Origin: Minisyncoccota bacterium
Lineage (GTDB): Bacteria; Patescibacteriota; Minisyncoccia; Phycocordibacterales; UBA2100
Assembly (NCBI GenBank): GCA_043780835.1
Contig: JAYWCB010000005.1
Coordinates: 22,280-86,279, forward strand
Reading direction: 5' to 3'
DNA: 64,000 nucleotides
In this document: positions 19,473 to 27,334 of the stretch, piece by piece
Layout of the letters: each line of letters opens with the position of its first letter
Position numbering within the stretch: the first letter of the stretch is position 1
Translations under genes and position numbers: made by a program
Notes under the pieces: model-generated
Databases searched by the model: none
Told to the model about the DNA's origin: nothing
Seen by the model: only the letters and a program-made list of their open reading frames with translations

Positions 19473-19973
19473 ATGGTACATATCGATCCGGCTCACGACG
19501 CTCACGGAGATACCGGTCACAAACAGACCTTCATCCTCGCAGTCGCGGGAATGTGGTCAATCATGTTTTCGCTGATCATTTATCTCTCGATCACGGGGTG
19601 GTTCATACCGAACATCCGCTCCGATATTCCCACCGCGATTATTTCTTCGGTGCGGATCATTGGCGCGATCTCGTTTTTCGCGATCGTGCATGTAGGAATC
19701 CAGCTCGCGCTCATAACAAACCGTCCGAATAGGGAAGCACCGCTGTGGCAGAAGGCATTCGACTATCTCACATCGTTCGCCCCCTTACTATTGGGTGTGA
19801 TCCTCGGACATATCATGGCGGCGCGGCAGTATGACCGCGCATACGCGTCATGGTGGATCGAGCTTCGCTTCTGGATCGACGTGATCGTGTGCACTGCGAT
19901 TGCAGTCGACGTGATCCCAACAGTTAAATTGATCATTTTTGGTCGATCAAGCGCGGCAGACGATGATCACTGA
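19473..19973 (+). CDS. four-TM membrane hypothetical protein
   Basis: TTGACT-16-TATGGT promoter at 19408-19435; four hydrophobic segments; terminator at 19992-20024. Confidence 0.7.
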   Translation: MVHIDPAHDAHGDTGHKQTFILAVAGMWSIMFSLIIYLSITGWFIPNIRSDIPTAIISSVRIIGAISFFAIVHVGIQLALITNRPNREAPLWQKAFDYLTSFAPLLLGVILGHIMAARQYDRAYASWWIELRFWIDVIVCTAIAVDVIPTVKLIIFGRSSAADDDH

Positions 19974-20030
19974 TCATTCAATGGCACACTGAACGCCGGC
20001 AACCACTAATGTTGCCGGCGTTTTAATATA

Positions 20031-20058
20031 TTGACAAAAACGGATTCACGTGTATAAT
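20031..20058 (+). promoter_or_regulatory. sigma70 promoter
   Basis: TTGACA-16-TATAAT immediately after a terminator. Confidence 0.7.
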
Positions 20059-20106
20059 ACTTGACAGTCTGAGGCATACCGCCTTCAGTTTATAAGGGAG
20101 ATACCG

Positions 20107-20841
20107 ATGCACAGGATCACGACAATACTCGCTACGGTTGCAATCATCGGCTCAGCATCGCTCGCGGCATTTGCCCAAAGCGACATCCTCGAGCCCGTAA
20201 CGCCGCCGACTGCGAAGACCGAAACCCCGCCTGTCGTAACAGCGGCTCCGGCAGAAAAGACGAAGGCTCCGCCGGTCATAACTGCAGCGCCAAAGTCTGA
20301 AGCGTTGCCGGCCGCTACCACGGAACCGACACTTGCTCCACCGGCGCCAAAGCCCTCGATCGCGGCAACGGCACCGCTTCCTCCGCCTGCGCCGCTGACG
20401 CTAGATGTTTCGCTGGAAACGCAGGTGAATAACCTGCAGACGAAACTCGCCAACATCGAGAAATCGACCAAGGAGGAGCTCGCGCGGACGAATGAACAAC
20501 TGGGCAAGACCAGTGACGCTGTCACGAAATCGACCAGTGTGATGGTCGAGCTCGCGAAGACGATTGATGGTCTCAACAAGAAGATCGACGGAGTCGATGC
20601 GAAGATTGCTAGCATTCCTGCGAGCGCGCCGGCAACGGACGTTTCCAAGGATCTGAAGGCACTCTCCGATCGCGTGCTTTCGATTGAAACGAAGCTCAGC
20701 GATCCGGCTGTACCTGTTGCGCCGCCGGCAGCAACGCCGACGTCGGAACGGGAGTCGTCCACAAAGACCGCGGAAACGACCGACTTCGGCCCGAAACACG
20801 AGCCGTTCTCGCTTCCGAAGGGTTGGTCGGCTCTGAACTGA
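20107..20841 (+). CDS. secreted Pro/Ala/Thr-rich coiled-coil protein
   Basis: AGGGAG RBS; signal peptide ending AFA; central heptad pattern; terminator at 20877-20901. Confidence 0.8.
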   Translation: MHRITTILATVAIIGSASLAAFAQSDILEPVTPPTAKTETPPVVTAAPAEKTKAPPVITAAPKSEALPAATTEPTLAPPAPKPSIAATAPLPPPAPLTLDVSLETQVNNLQTKLANIEKSTKEELARTNEQLGKTSDAVTKSTSVMVELAKTIDGLNKKIDGVDAKIASIPASAPATDVSKDLKALSDRVLSIETKLSDPAVPVAPPAATPTSERESSTKTAETTDFGPKHEPFSLPKGWSALN

Positions 20842-20994
20842 CCCAACCGATTAGATATCGGAAGGGAATGCACTTTAAGGGCCTCCTCACGGAGGCCCTT
20901 TGTTATACTTGACAAATGGTTATGAACATAGTATTATAATACCAGATCGGTAAAACCTACCGATGATTTGGCTCAACCCAAGAGGAGACTAGCT

Positions 20995-21264
20995 ATGGTG
21001 ACCACGAAGATCGCGTTTGCTTTTGCCACCCTGTTCGTGCTCTCTGCTCCCGCCAGTGCCGACGTGAAAGTGGACACATCCACTTTCCCGAAGAACTGGA
21101 CGGCTGTCGGACAGCCGAAGGACCAGAAGGACGGTGAGAAGTGCAGTGTCGAGTCTGGGCGCAAGCTCGTGATCTCAGACCGCTTCAAGGTACTGCCGAA
21201 CGGCAACCGCTTCTATCTCTTCGACTGCGTGCCACTCAACGATGCACGTAGCGCGGCTAAGTAA
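20995..21264 (+). CDS. small secreted protein with one Cys pair
   Basis: TTGACA-17-TATTAT at 20909-20937; GAGGAG RBS; signal peptide ending ASA; hairpin at 21288-21316. Confidence 0.75.
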   Translation: MVTTKIAFAFATLFVLSAPASADVKVDTSTFPKNWTAVGQPKDQKDGEKCSVESGRKLVISDRFKVLPNGNRFYLFDCVPLNDARSAAK

Positions 21265-21419
21265 GGTCAGGTTCGACCATGTTCTTTGGGGACAGTTGCA
21301 TACTGCAGCTGTCCCCTAAAACTTTTATTCTTCCGGACGCAAAGCTTCGCGGCTTTGGATCCGGGTGAAGAAACCCTTGCTCTTTACATCACACATATAC
21401 AGCACAGAGGAGAGTTACC

Positions 21420-21956
21420 ATGAATATGATTCGCATTATTGCGTTGCTTCTGATCTCCGTTACCACCGCTTCCGCGCAGGACTGCAAGGTGCTCGATTCG
21501 TCACTCCTCGCACCTGTCAGTGAGACGACGCCGGGATATACGATGGTAGAGATCATGATTCCGATCGCGATATCGAACGAGCAGAAACCGCTCAAGGTCG
21601 GCGGCAAAGGTAGCTTCCGATTCTTCCTGTCAGGCGTTCACGAGCTGGTTGCGTACGACACGTACACTGGCATCAAGACGATCGAACGGTGTGTCCGCGA
21701 AGTTCGCGGCGCAAACGGTGAGCGATTTACCGATTCGTATCTGAGCATGCAGGTGGTCGGCAATGTCTCTAACGTCGGAGCGAACGCGTTTCTTGTGAAG
21801 GCATCGATCGTGATGCCGGCGGTGACTGTCGTTTCCAAGCCAGAGGTTTTTACCCGTTTAAAAGACGGGGAACAATATTCCGGTGCATGGGCAACGAGAG
21901 AAGGCAGGCAGTACCTTGTGCTCTCAAGCAAGAAAATGCCGGCCGATAGCAAGTAA
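21420..21956 (+). CDS. secreted beta-rich hypothetical protein
   Basis: GAGGAG RBS; signal peptide ending ASA; terminator at 21982-22012. Confidence 0.75.
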   Translation: MNMIRIIALLLISVTTASAQDCKVLDSSLLAPVSETTPGYTMVEIMIPIAISNEQKPLKVGGKGSFRFFLSGVHELVAYDTYTGIKTIERCVREVRGANGERFTDSYLSMQVVGNVSNVGANAFLVKASIVMPAVTVVSKPEVFTRLKDGEQYSGAWATREGRQYLVLSSKKMPADSK

Positions 21957-22017
21957 CTGGCGCACTGCGCAAATATGTGAGAAAAGGGGGGCATCATGGC
22001 CTCCCTTTTTTTGTACC

Positions 22018-22045
22018 TTGACATTCAATAAAATCCATGTATAAT
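22018..22045 (+). promoter_or_regulatory. sigma70 promoter
   Basis: TTGACA-16-TATAAT. Confidence 0.7.
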
Positions 22046-22086
22046 AACGATATTAAAAGGTTTTCTGTGTTAATTAACAAATTTGT

Positions 22087-23568
22087 ATGAACTCATTCAA
22101 AACGTTCAGTGTAAATAGCTCTTTGGCCGTGACAGTTGCTCTTTTGATAGCGTGTGCGTCATTTGGCATCTCATCGACTGTAGCTAACGCTGCGGATATT
22201 GGTGAGTTCGGCGACTTTGGAGGCGCTTCCGGCGGCTACTACGGTGGTCAGGAATTTGCTGCTAATAATTATTATGGTGGTCAGGAGTTCGCAGCTGACA
22301 ACTATTACGGTGGCCAAGAGTTTTCCAGTAATGGCTACTTCGGTGGTCAGGAGTTCTCAAACAATGGTGACTACTTCGGCGGAATGGAATTCGCAAACAA
22401 AGGCGACTACTATGGCGGAATGGAGTTTTCTAACTCTGGCACGTCGCTAACGACCGATACATATGACGTATATGAGGCACTCGATACCTATGCAGCACAA
22501 AGCTATGGTTCAACTGGTTCATTCGGTGGTGGTTCATTCGGTGGCGGTTCAACAGGAGGATATTCCTCTGGCGGACGCTCTGGCGGATCATCCTTCGGTG
22601 GTTACTCGACTCCGAGCTTTAGTTCATCCGGCGGGTGCACCACGTGCCACTCCCAGACTCCGAATTATCCGGCACCGGTGTGCATAACGTGCAATTACCC
22701 GGTCCCAACACCAGTTCCTCATCCGGTTCCGACATGCACCACATGCGGCGGATCGAATGTAACGAACACGAACATCAAGACCACAAACACGTACACTGAC
22801 AACTCGATCAACGGCAGCTTCAACACAAATGTGCACGGTGATGGCAATGTTGTCGGCGGCGGTTACCAGGGCGTTGCAGTTGCAACACTTGCTCCGGTTG
22901 TTCCGCAGCATCCGATCGTGTATCAGCAGCAGATTGCAGCTCCGTACTGTGTGATTAATCTCACCAATGCCGGCGCATACAATGCACAGGCAACACTCGT
23001 GTGGTCGTCAAGCAATGCGCAGAATGCATACATTTCGCAGGTTGGTGCAGTTGCACCGAACGGTCAGCGATTTGTAACGGGTTACACAAACCAGACGTAC
23101 TCTCTTACAGTTACCGGTCAGGGCGGTACCTACACCTGCAACACGCAGCCTTGGGCGCCAACGTATGTTGCGCCAACACCGATTAACCCGAGCGTTTCGC
23201 TCACGCAGATTCCGTACACCGGCCTCGCACTCTCACCGTTTGCACAGGCGATGTATTGGCTCTCGCTCATGTCAGTAGCTGCGGCAGGTGGATACTTGCT
23301 CGTCTACTACAAGGGAGGAGCACTCGCGTTCGCTGGTGCAGCGCTGAGCCGCCGACAGAATCACATCGTTGTATCTGAAACGTCTGAACAGGATACGACC
23401 GAAGTTGAAGCTCCGGAAACAGAAAATGAAGGGGAAACAGAACCGCAGGTCAGTCCTGTGAATATGCGCACCTTTCTTCCAACAATGGCAGAAACTCAGA
23501 CACGTGATGCGATGCAAATGATCCGAAATGCCGCAGGTGTTCCGCAGATCATCATCAGCCGCGCCTAG
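22087..23568 (+). CDS. surface protein with YYGGQEF repeats, CxxC motifs, one Ig-like domain and IPYTG sorting signal
   Basis: Signal peptide ending ANA; six tandem repeats; Ig repeat similar to those in 10258-12948; IPYTG (23209-23223) + TM + acidic tail. Confidence 0.85.
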   Translation: MNSFKTFSVNSSLAVTVALLIACASFGISSTVANAADIGEFGDFGGASGGYYGGQEFAANNYYGGQEFAADNYYGGQEFSSNGYFGGQEFSNNGDYFGGMEFANKGDYYGGMEFSNSGTSLTTDTYDVYEALDTYAAQSYGSTGSFGGGSFGGGSTGGYSSGGRSGGSSFGGYSTPSFSSSGGCTTCHSQTPNYPAPVCITCNYPVPTPVPHPVPTCTTCGGSNVTNTNIKTTNTYTDNSINGSFNTNVHGDGNVVGGGYQGVAVATLAPVVPQHPIVYQQQIAAPYCVINLTNAGAYNAQATLVWSSSNAQNAYISQVGAVAPNGQRFVTGYTNQTYSLTVTGQGGTYTCNTQPWAPTYVAPTPINPSVSLTQIPYTGLALSPFAQAMYWLSLMSVAAAGGYLLVYYKGGALAFAGAALSRRQNHIVVSETSEQDTTEVEAPETENEGETEPQVSPVNMRTFLPTMAETQTRDAMQMIRNAAGVPQIIISRA

Positions 23569-23674
23569 TCACATGAAGTCCGCCGCTCGTCCTGCGAAGC
23601 CACAGGCCTCGCAGGGCCAAAGCTCCAACCCTCCTACGCTCCTTACGAGCTACGAAGGGCAAGAAAGTGAAACG

Positions 23675-23705
23675 AAACAGCCCCGAAAATTGTCGGGGCT
23701 GTTTT
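23675..23705. terminator. bidirectional intrinsic terminator
   Basis: AAACAGCCCCGA-AAATTG-TCGGGGCTGTTTT. Confidence 0.75.
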
Positions 23706-23709
23706 GGTT

Positions 23710-23835
23710 TTAACTTTTGTTTCGCATCTGTTCGCGGACTTCTTCGCGCACCCAATCCTTAAATCGATCTATTTGTTGTTTCACTTCTTCCTTTATCCAT
23801 TGCTTATCGCTCGATGAAAGTCCTTGATCTGCCAT
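23710..23835 (-). CDS. 41-aa helical micro-protein, absent from the ORF track
   Basis: MADQGLSSSDKQWIKEEVKQQIDRFKDWVREEVREQMRNKS*; internal repeat W(I/V)(K/R)EEV(K/R)(Q/E)Q; TATACT upstream, terminator downstream; alternative ATG at 23847. Confidence 0.6.
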   Translation of the reverse strand: MADQGLSSSDKQWIKEEVKQQIDRFKDWVREEVREQMRNKS

Positions 23836-23901
23836 ACGTTTGTTCATGTATTAAATGGCTTATATGACGCAAGTATATCGCATACTCCGTGCACATCGCC
23901 T

Positions 23902-23939
23902 ATACACCAATCTCTCACCACCGCGTATAATCGGTGTAT
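23902..23939. repeat. 38-bp palindromic direct repeat, copy 1 (contains TATAAT and overlaps the start codon)
   Basis: ATACACCAATCTCTCACCACCGCGTATAATCGGTGTAT. Confidence 0.85.
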
Positions 23940-24498
23940 GGGCAGTATCGAACTTCAGGGTGCGAAACTTACACGAAAGAATCGCACGAAATATCTCATC
24001 TTGGAGACTATAAAGATTGCAGGTGTCTTAAGCGTCGCGCTTGTCGCCCCGAATATCCTTTCTGGGCTCGCTAAATTAGGTGTTATTGCAACACCTCGCG
24101 CAGGTGAAATCGCAAAGCGTTCGTATACGCGCATGGTAGCGGCAGGGTTAGTAAAATTCGATGGGAAGTTCCTCAGACTTACAGAAAAGGGTAAATTCGA
24201 GCTTGACCGTATGAGTATGGCAACAATAAAGCCCAAGAAATGGGACAGAAAATGGCGCGTGCTTATCTTTGATATACCTGACTATCGTAGAAGTTTGCGA
24301 GATAAAGTGAGGCGAACGCTTCGAATGATCGGGTTTGAACGGTTGCAAGATAGTGTGTGGATTTACCCGTATGATTGCGAAGATCACATCACATTACTGA
24401 AAGCCGATTTTAAGGTGGGGAAAGACATGCTGTATATGGTGGTTGATTCTTTAGAAGGCGATAGCTGGCTGCGGAAACATTTTGCGCTGAAAGGCTGA
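23938..24498 (+). CDS. PaaX-like / Cas2-like protein (winged helix plus Cas2-type ferredoxin-fold domain)
   Basis: LRLTEKG wHTH wing, KWDRKWRVLIFDIP, GFERLQDSVW motifs; no CRISPR array or cas1 in the window. Confidence 0.85.
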   Translation: MGSIELQGAKLTRKNRTKYLILETIKIAGVLSVALVAPNILSGLAKLGVIATPRAGEIAKRSYTRMVAAGLVKFDGKFLRLTEKGKFELDRMSMATIKPKKWDRKWRVLIFDIPDYRRSLRDKVRRTLRMIGFERLQDSVWIYPYDCEDHITLLKADFKVGKDMLYMVVDSLEGDSWLRKHFALKG

Positions 24499-24506
24499 TC
24501 TGATAG

Positions 24507-24544
24507 ATACACCGATTTCTCACCACCGTGCACTATTGGTGTAT
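24507..24544. repeat. 38-bp palindromic direct repeat, copy 2
   Basis: ATACACCGATTTCTCACCACCGTGCACTATTGGTGTAT; 31/38 identical to copy 1. Confidence 0.85.
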
Positions 24545-24595
24545 CTGGTAAAAAGGTGTGGCATGAGGGTTCAACAGCGACGACTACAGCGGCGA

Positions 24596-26335
24596 TTACA
24601 GCGAGCGGGCGGCGATGTCATGTTTTAATTTCTCGATAACGGGATCGATTGCGTCGGTTTTTTTGTCGCTGGCGCGGTTTTCGATAGTTATCGTGTTTGC
24701 ACCCACTTCTTCATCACCCACAACGATATAGTAGGGAATTTTCTGGATTTTTACGTTGCGAATGCGCTTACCTAAGCTATCGTCGTGATCAAGTTCTGCG
24801 CGAATACCGTGTTGCAGCAGAGTATCCACTACCGCCGCTGCATAGTCTGTATGTTTCTCGGAAACAGGTAGTACGCGTACCTGCACGGGTGCCATCCAAA
24901 GCGGAAATGCGCCCGCGTAGTGCTCGATCAGGATTCCCATGAATCGATCCGGGGAACCGATGAGTGCCCGATGGATCATGACTGGTGTTTTTTTTGTGCC
25001 ATCGTCAGTCGTGTATTCTAGGCCGAATCGTCCCGGCATGGTGCGATCCACCTGGATCGTAGAAATTTGCCATTCACGTCCGAGTCCATCTACTGCCATG
25101 ATATCGAGCTTCGGTGCGTAGAAAGCTGCCTCACCTTCGGCGGCCTTAAATGCTACACCGCTTTTTTCAAGAACTGTTTTCAATTGGGCTTCGGACTGCT
25201 CCCATGTTTCATCTGAGCCAAGATACTTTTCTTTGTTGTTTGGATCGCGGAGTGATAAGCGAATCCAGTAGCTGACACCGTATGTGGTGAGTGCGTCTTT
25301 AATTACATCGAGAACATTCAAGAGCTCGGCTTCTACCTGGTCTTCACGGCAGAAAATATGACCGTCGTCTTGCGCGAATGCGCGAAGGCGGGTGAGACCG
25401 GAGAGCTGTCCGGGTCGTTCGTCGCGGTAGAGGTTCGCGAAATCTGCGTAGCGGATAGGGAGGTCACGATAGCTTCGCGGGCGCGAAGAATAAATTTGCG
25501 TATGCTGCGGGCAGTTCATTGGCTTCAAAAACATTTCGTCTTCAACGTACTGGCTGCGCACGCTCATCATGTCTTCCTTGTACAGGTCGTAGTGCCCAGA
25601 GAGCTTAAAGAGTTCCGCCTTATTAACGTTCGGGGTGTGCACTTCGCCGAATCCGAGACGCATGTTTAATTCACGCGAATAGTTGATGATCGCATTGCGT
25701 ACGATATTGCCGCGGGGTGTATAGAGCGGCATGCCGGAACCCACGAGATCTGAAAAGGTGAACAGGTCCTGTTCTACGCCAACTTTGCGGTGGTCGCGCT
25801 TGATTGCTTCTTCGCGTTGCACGATATACGCATCGAGTTCTGCCGGAGTAGAAAAGGCAAGTCCGTAAATGCGAGTCAACATCGGATTTTTTTCGTCGCC
25901 GCGCCAATACGCGCCGGCAATACGGTCGAGTTTAAAGGAGTCTGAGTCGATCTCCCGTGCAGGATTTTCTGCATGGCCGCCGCGACACAAATCGGTAAAA
26001 CCACCGCAGGTATACAGGGTGATTTCTTCACCGCGCGATGCGATTTCGTTGATGAGCTCAGATTTATACGGATTGCCTTCGAACCGCTTCAGCGCTTCGT
26101 CTTTTGAAACTGTTTCGTGGGTGAATTCAGTCCATTTGGACAGCGATTTACGCATTGTTTTCTGGAAGCCCTTGAGGTGCTCTTCGGAAACCTTGTCGGT
26201 GCCAAAATCTACGTCGTAGTAGAAGCCGTTATCAACGGCGGGGCCGATCGTAAGGACGGCGTTGGGGTAGTCCTGTAGCACTGCCTGTGCGAGCAGGTGA
26301 GCGAGCGTATGGCGGATTTCTGATATGTCGGACAT
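24596..26335 (-). CDS. thrS: threonine--tRNA ligase
   Basis: RHTLAH, DLCRGGH, GAYWRGD, RDHRK, KPMNCP, RLRAFAQDDGH, MIHRA. Confidence 0.97.
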   Translation of the reverse strand: MSDISEIRHTLAHLLAQAVLQDYPNAVLTIGPAVDNGFYYDVDFGTDKVSEEHLKGFQKTMRKSLSKWTEFTHETVSKDEALKRFEGNPYKSELINEIASRGEEITLYTCGGFTDLCRGGHAENPAREIDSDSFKLDRIAGAYWRGDEKNPMLTRIYGLAFSTPAELDAYIVQREEAIKRDHRKVGVEQDLFTFSDLVGSGMPLYTPRGNIVRNAIINYSRELNMRLGFGEVHTPNVNKAELFKLSGHYDLYKEDMMSVRSQYVEDEMFLKPMNCPQHTQIYSSRPRSYRDLPIRYADFANLYRDERPGQLSGLTRLRAFAQDDGHIFCREDQVEAELLNVLDVIKDALTTYGVSYWIRLSLRDPNNKEKYLGSDETWEQSEAQLKTVLEKSGVAFKAAEGEAAFYAPKLDIMAVDGLGREWQISTIQVDRTMPGRFGLEYTTDDGTKKTPVMIHRALIGSPDRFMGILIEHYAGAFPLWMAPVQVRVLPVSEKHTDYAAAVVDTLLQHGIRAELDHDDSLGKRIRNVKIQKIPYYIVVGDEEVGANTITIENRASDKKTDAIDPVIEKLKHDIAARSL

Positions 26336-26417
26336 GTGCGAGTGATGATAGCAGCAAACGTGTGGGGCGCAAAAAGAGCGACGCACGTGAATGTGCGTCG
26401 CTCGATAGGGGCCTTTC

Positions 26418-26771
26418 TCAGAGAGGCGGAAGCACGGTGAGAGGATGCTCAGGCCAGAAGTGCGACAGTTTTGAGAACTGACGCCGAAGCAACACCCGTT
26501 CAGTGTGTGGCAATGTGTTCAAATCCCGACAGCGGTCGGCGATCTCGACGCATATCCTTTTGACTGCATCATCGGTGTCGCACTCGAGCGCGGTCCGCAT
26601 ATCGGCGCGAAACGATGCGTCGAGCGTGCGGTACGTACCGTTCATGTTTGCGAGCACGTTGAGCACTGCGATGGTGCGGGTTTTCTCGAGCTCGAGGTAT
26701 TCTGTCCGATCAATTGCACCTGCAGCGATTTGGAAATCGTACGGCTCCGGATGCGTGCGTCCTTTTGCCAT
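26418..26771 (-). CDS. hypothetical protein
   Basis: GGAGGA RBS before ATG (MAKGRTH...); the longer track ORF overlaps the neighbouring gene. Confidence 0.6.
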   Translation of the reverse strand: MAKGRTHPEPYDFQIAAGAIDRTEYLELEKTRTIAVLNVLANMNGTYRTLDASFRADMRTALECDTDDAVKRICVEIADRCRDLNTLPHTERVLLRRQFSKLSHFWPEHPLTVLPPL

Positions 26772-26893
26772 TTCGGTATCCTCCGCAACGTGCACACGAT
26801 GTGCAGCTTTCTTCGGTAACGATACGACCTCTGTCGCGCGAGTCAACCTGTGTATAACTAAAAAGGCGGGAGCAATGCTCCCGCCGTGTTCGA

Positions 26894-27274
26894 TCACGCG
26901 TGGATCGATAAGTTTGTTTCTTCGGCGAGGCGCATGCAAAATAGTTGCGCCTGCAGAATTTTCTTTTCGTCGGATCGATGACGTGTCTCGATCAATCGAT
27001 CGAGTGTGATCACGATGTCTGCGATATCGCGCACGAGTAACATCGGATCTTCGCCGTAGGGAATATCCGGATGAAGTTCGTGCAGCACGTCTTCCATAAT
27101 TGTGAGTGATTCGGGTGGAGGCGGCTCGAGACATAGCTCACGAATGAGAAGACGCAGTGCGCTGCAGGCAGCTTTGATTCGGTCGACCTCTGCCGCATCG
27201 GCATTGTCTGCGCCGAGGCCGTGCACGATCGGAATCGCCTTACGGCAGTCGATAAATACTTTTTGTTGCGCCAA
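26894..27274 (-). CDS. hypothetical protein
   Basis: GAGGAG RBS before TTG; hairpin at about 26864-26885 downstream. Confidence 0.6.
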   Translation of the reverse strand: MAQQKVFIDCRKAIPIVHGLGADNADAAEVDRIKAACSALRLLIRELCLEPPPPESLTIMEDVLHELHPDIPYGEDPMLLVRDIADIVITLDRLIETRHRSDEKKILQAQLFCMRLAEETNLSIHA

Positions 27275-27334
27275 GTCGTAGACTCCTCGATGAAAGATAA
27301 CCCGAGCGATTTAAACACAAAAATAGAATAATGT

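Noticed and set aside
22237-22431. Resemblance of YGG(Q/M)EF to enkephalin YGGF(M/L)
   Set aside because: Residue 4 differs and there are no dibasic processing sites; treated as coincidence
22636-22650. CTTCH as a c-type heme-binding motif
   Set aside because: It lies in a low-complexity linker, the sister motifs CITC and CTTC lack His, and no cytochrome c maturation genes are visible
14431-23705. Integron or prophage
   Set aside because: No tyrosine or serine integrase, no attC-like repeated sites and no phage structural or replication genes recognised
23902-24544. CRISPR array or CRISPR-Cas locus
   Set aside because: Only two imperfect repeats separated by a 567-bp gene-containing interval; no spacer-sized units, cas1 or effector in the window
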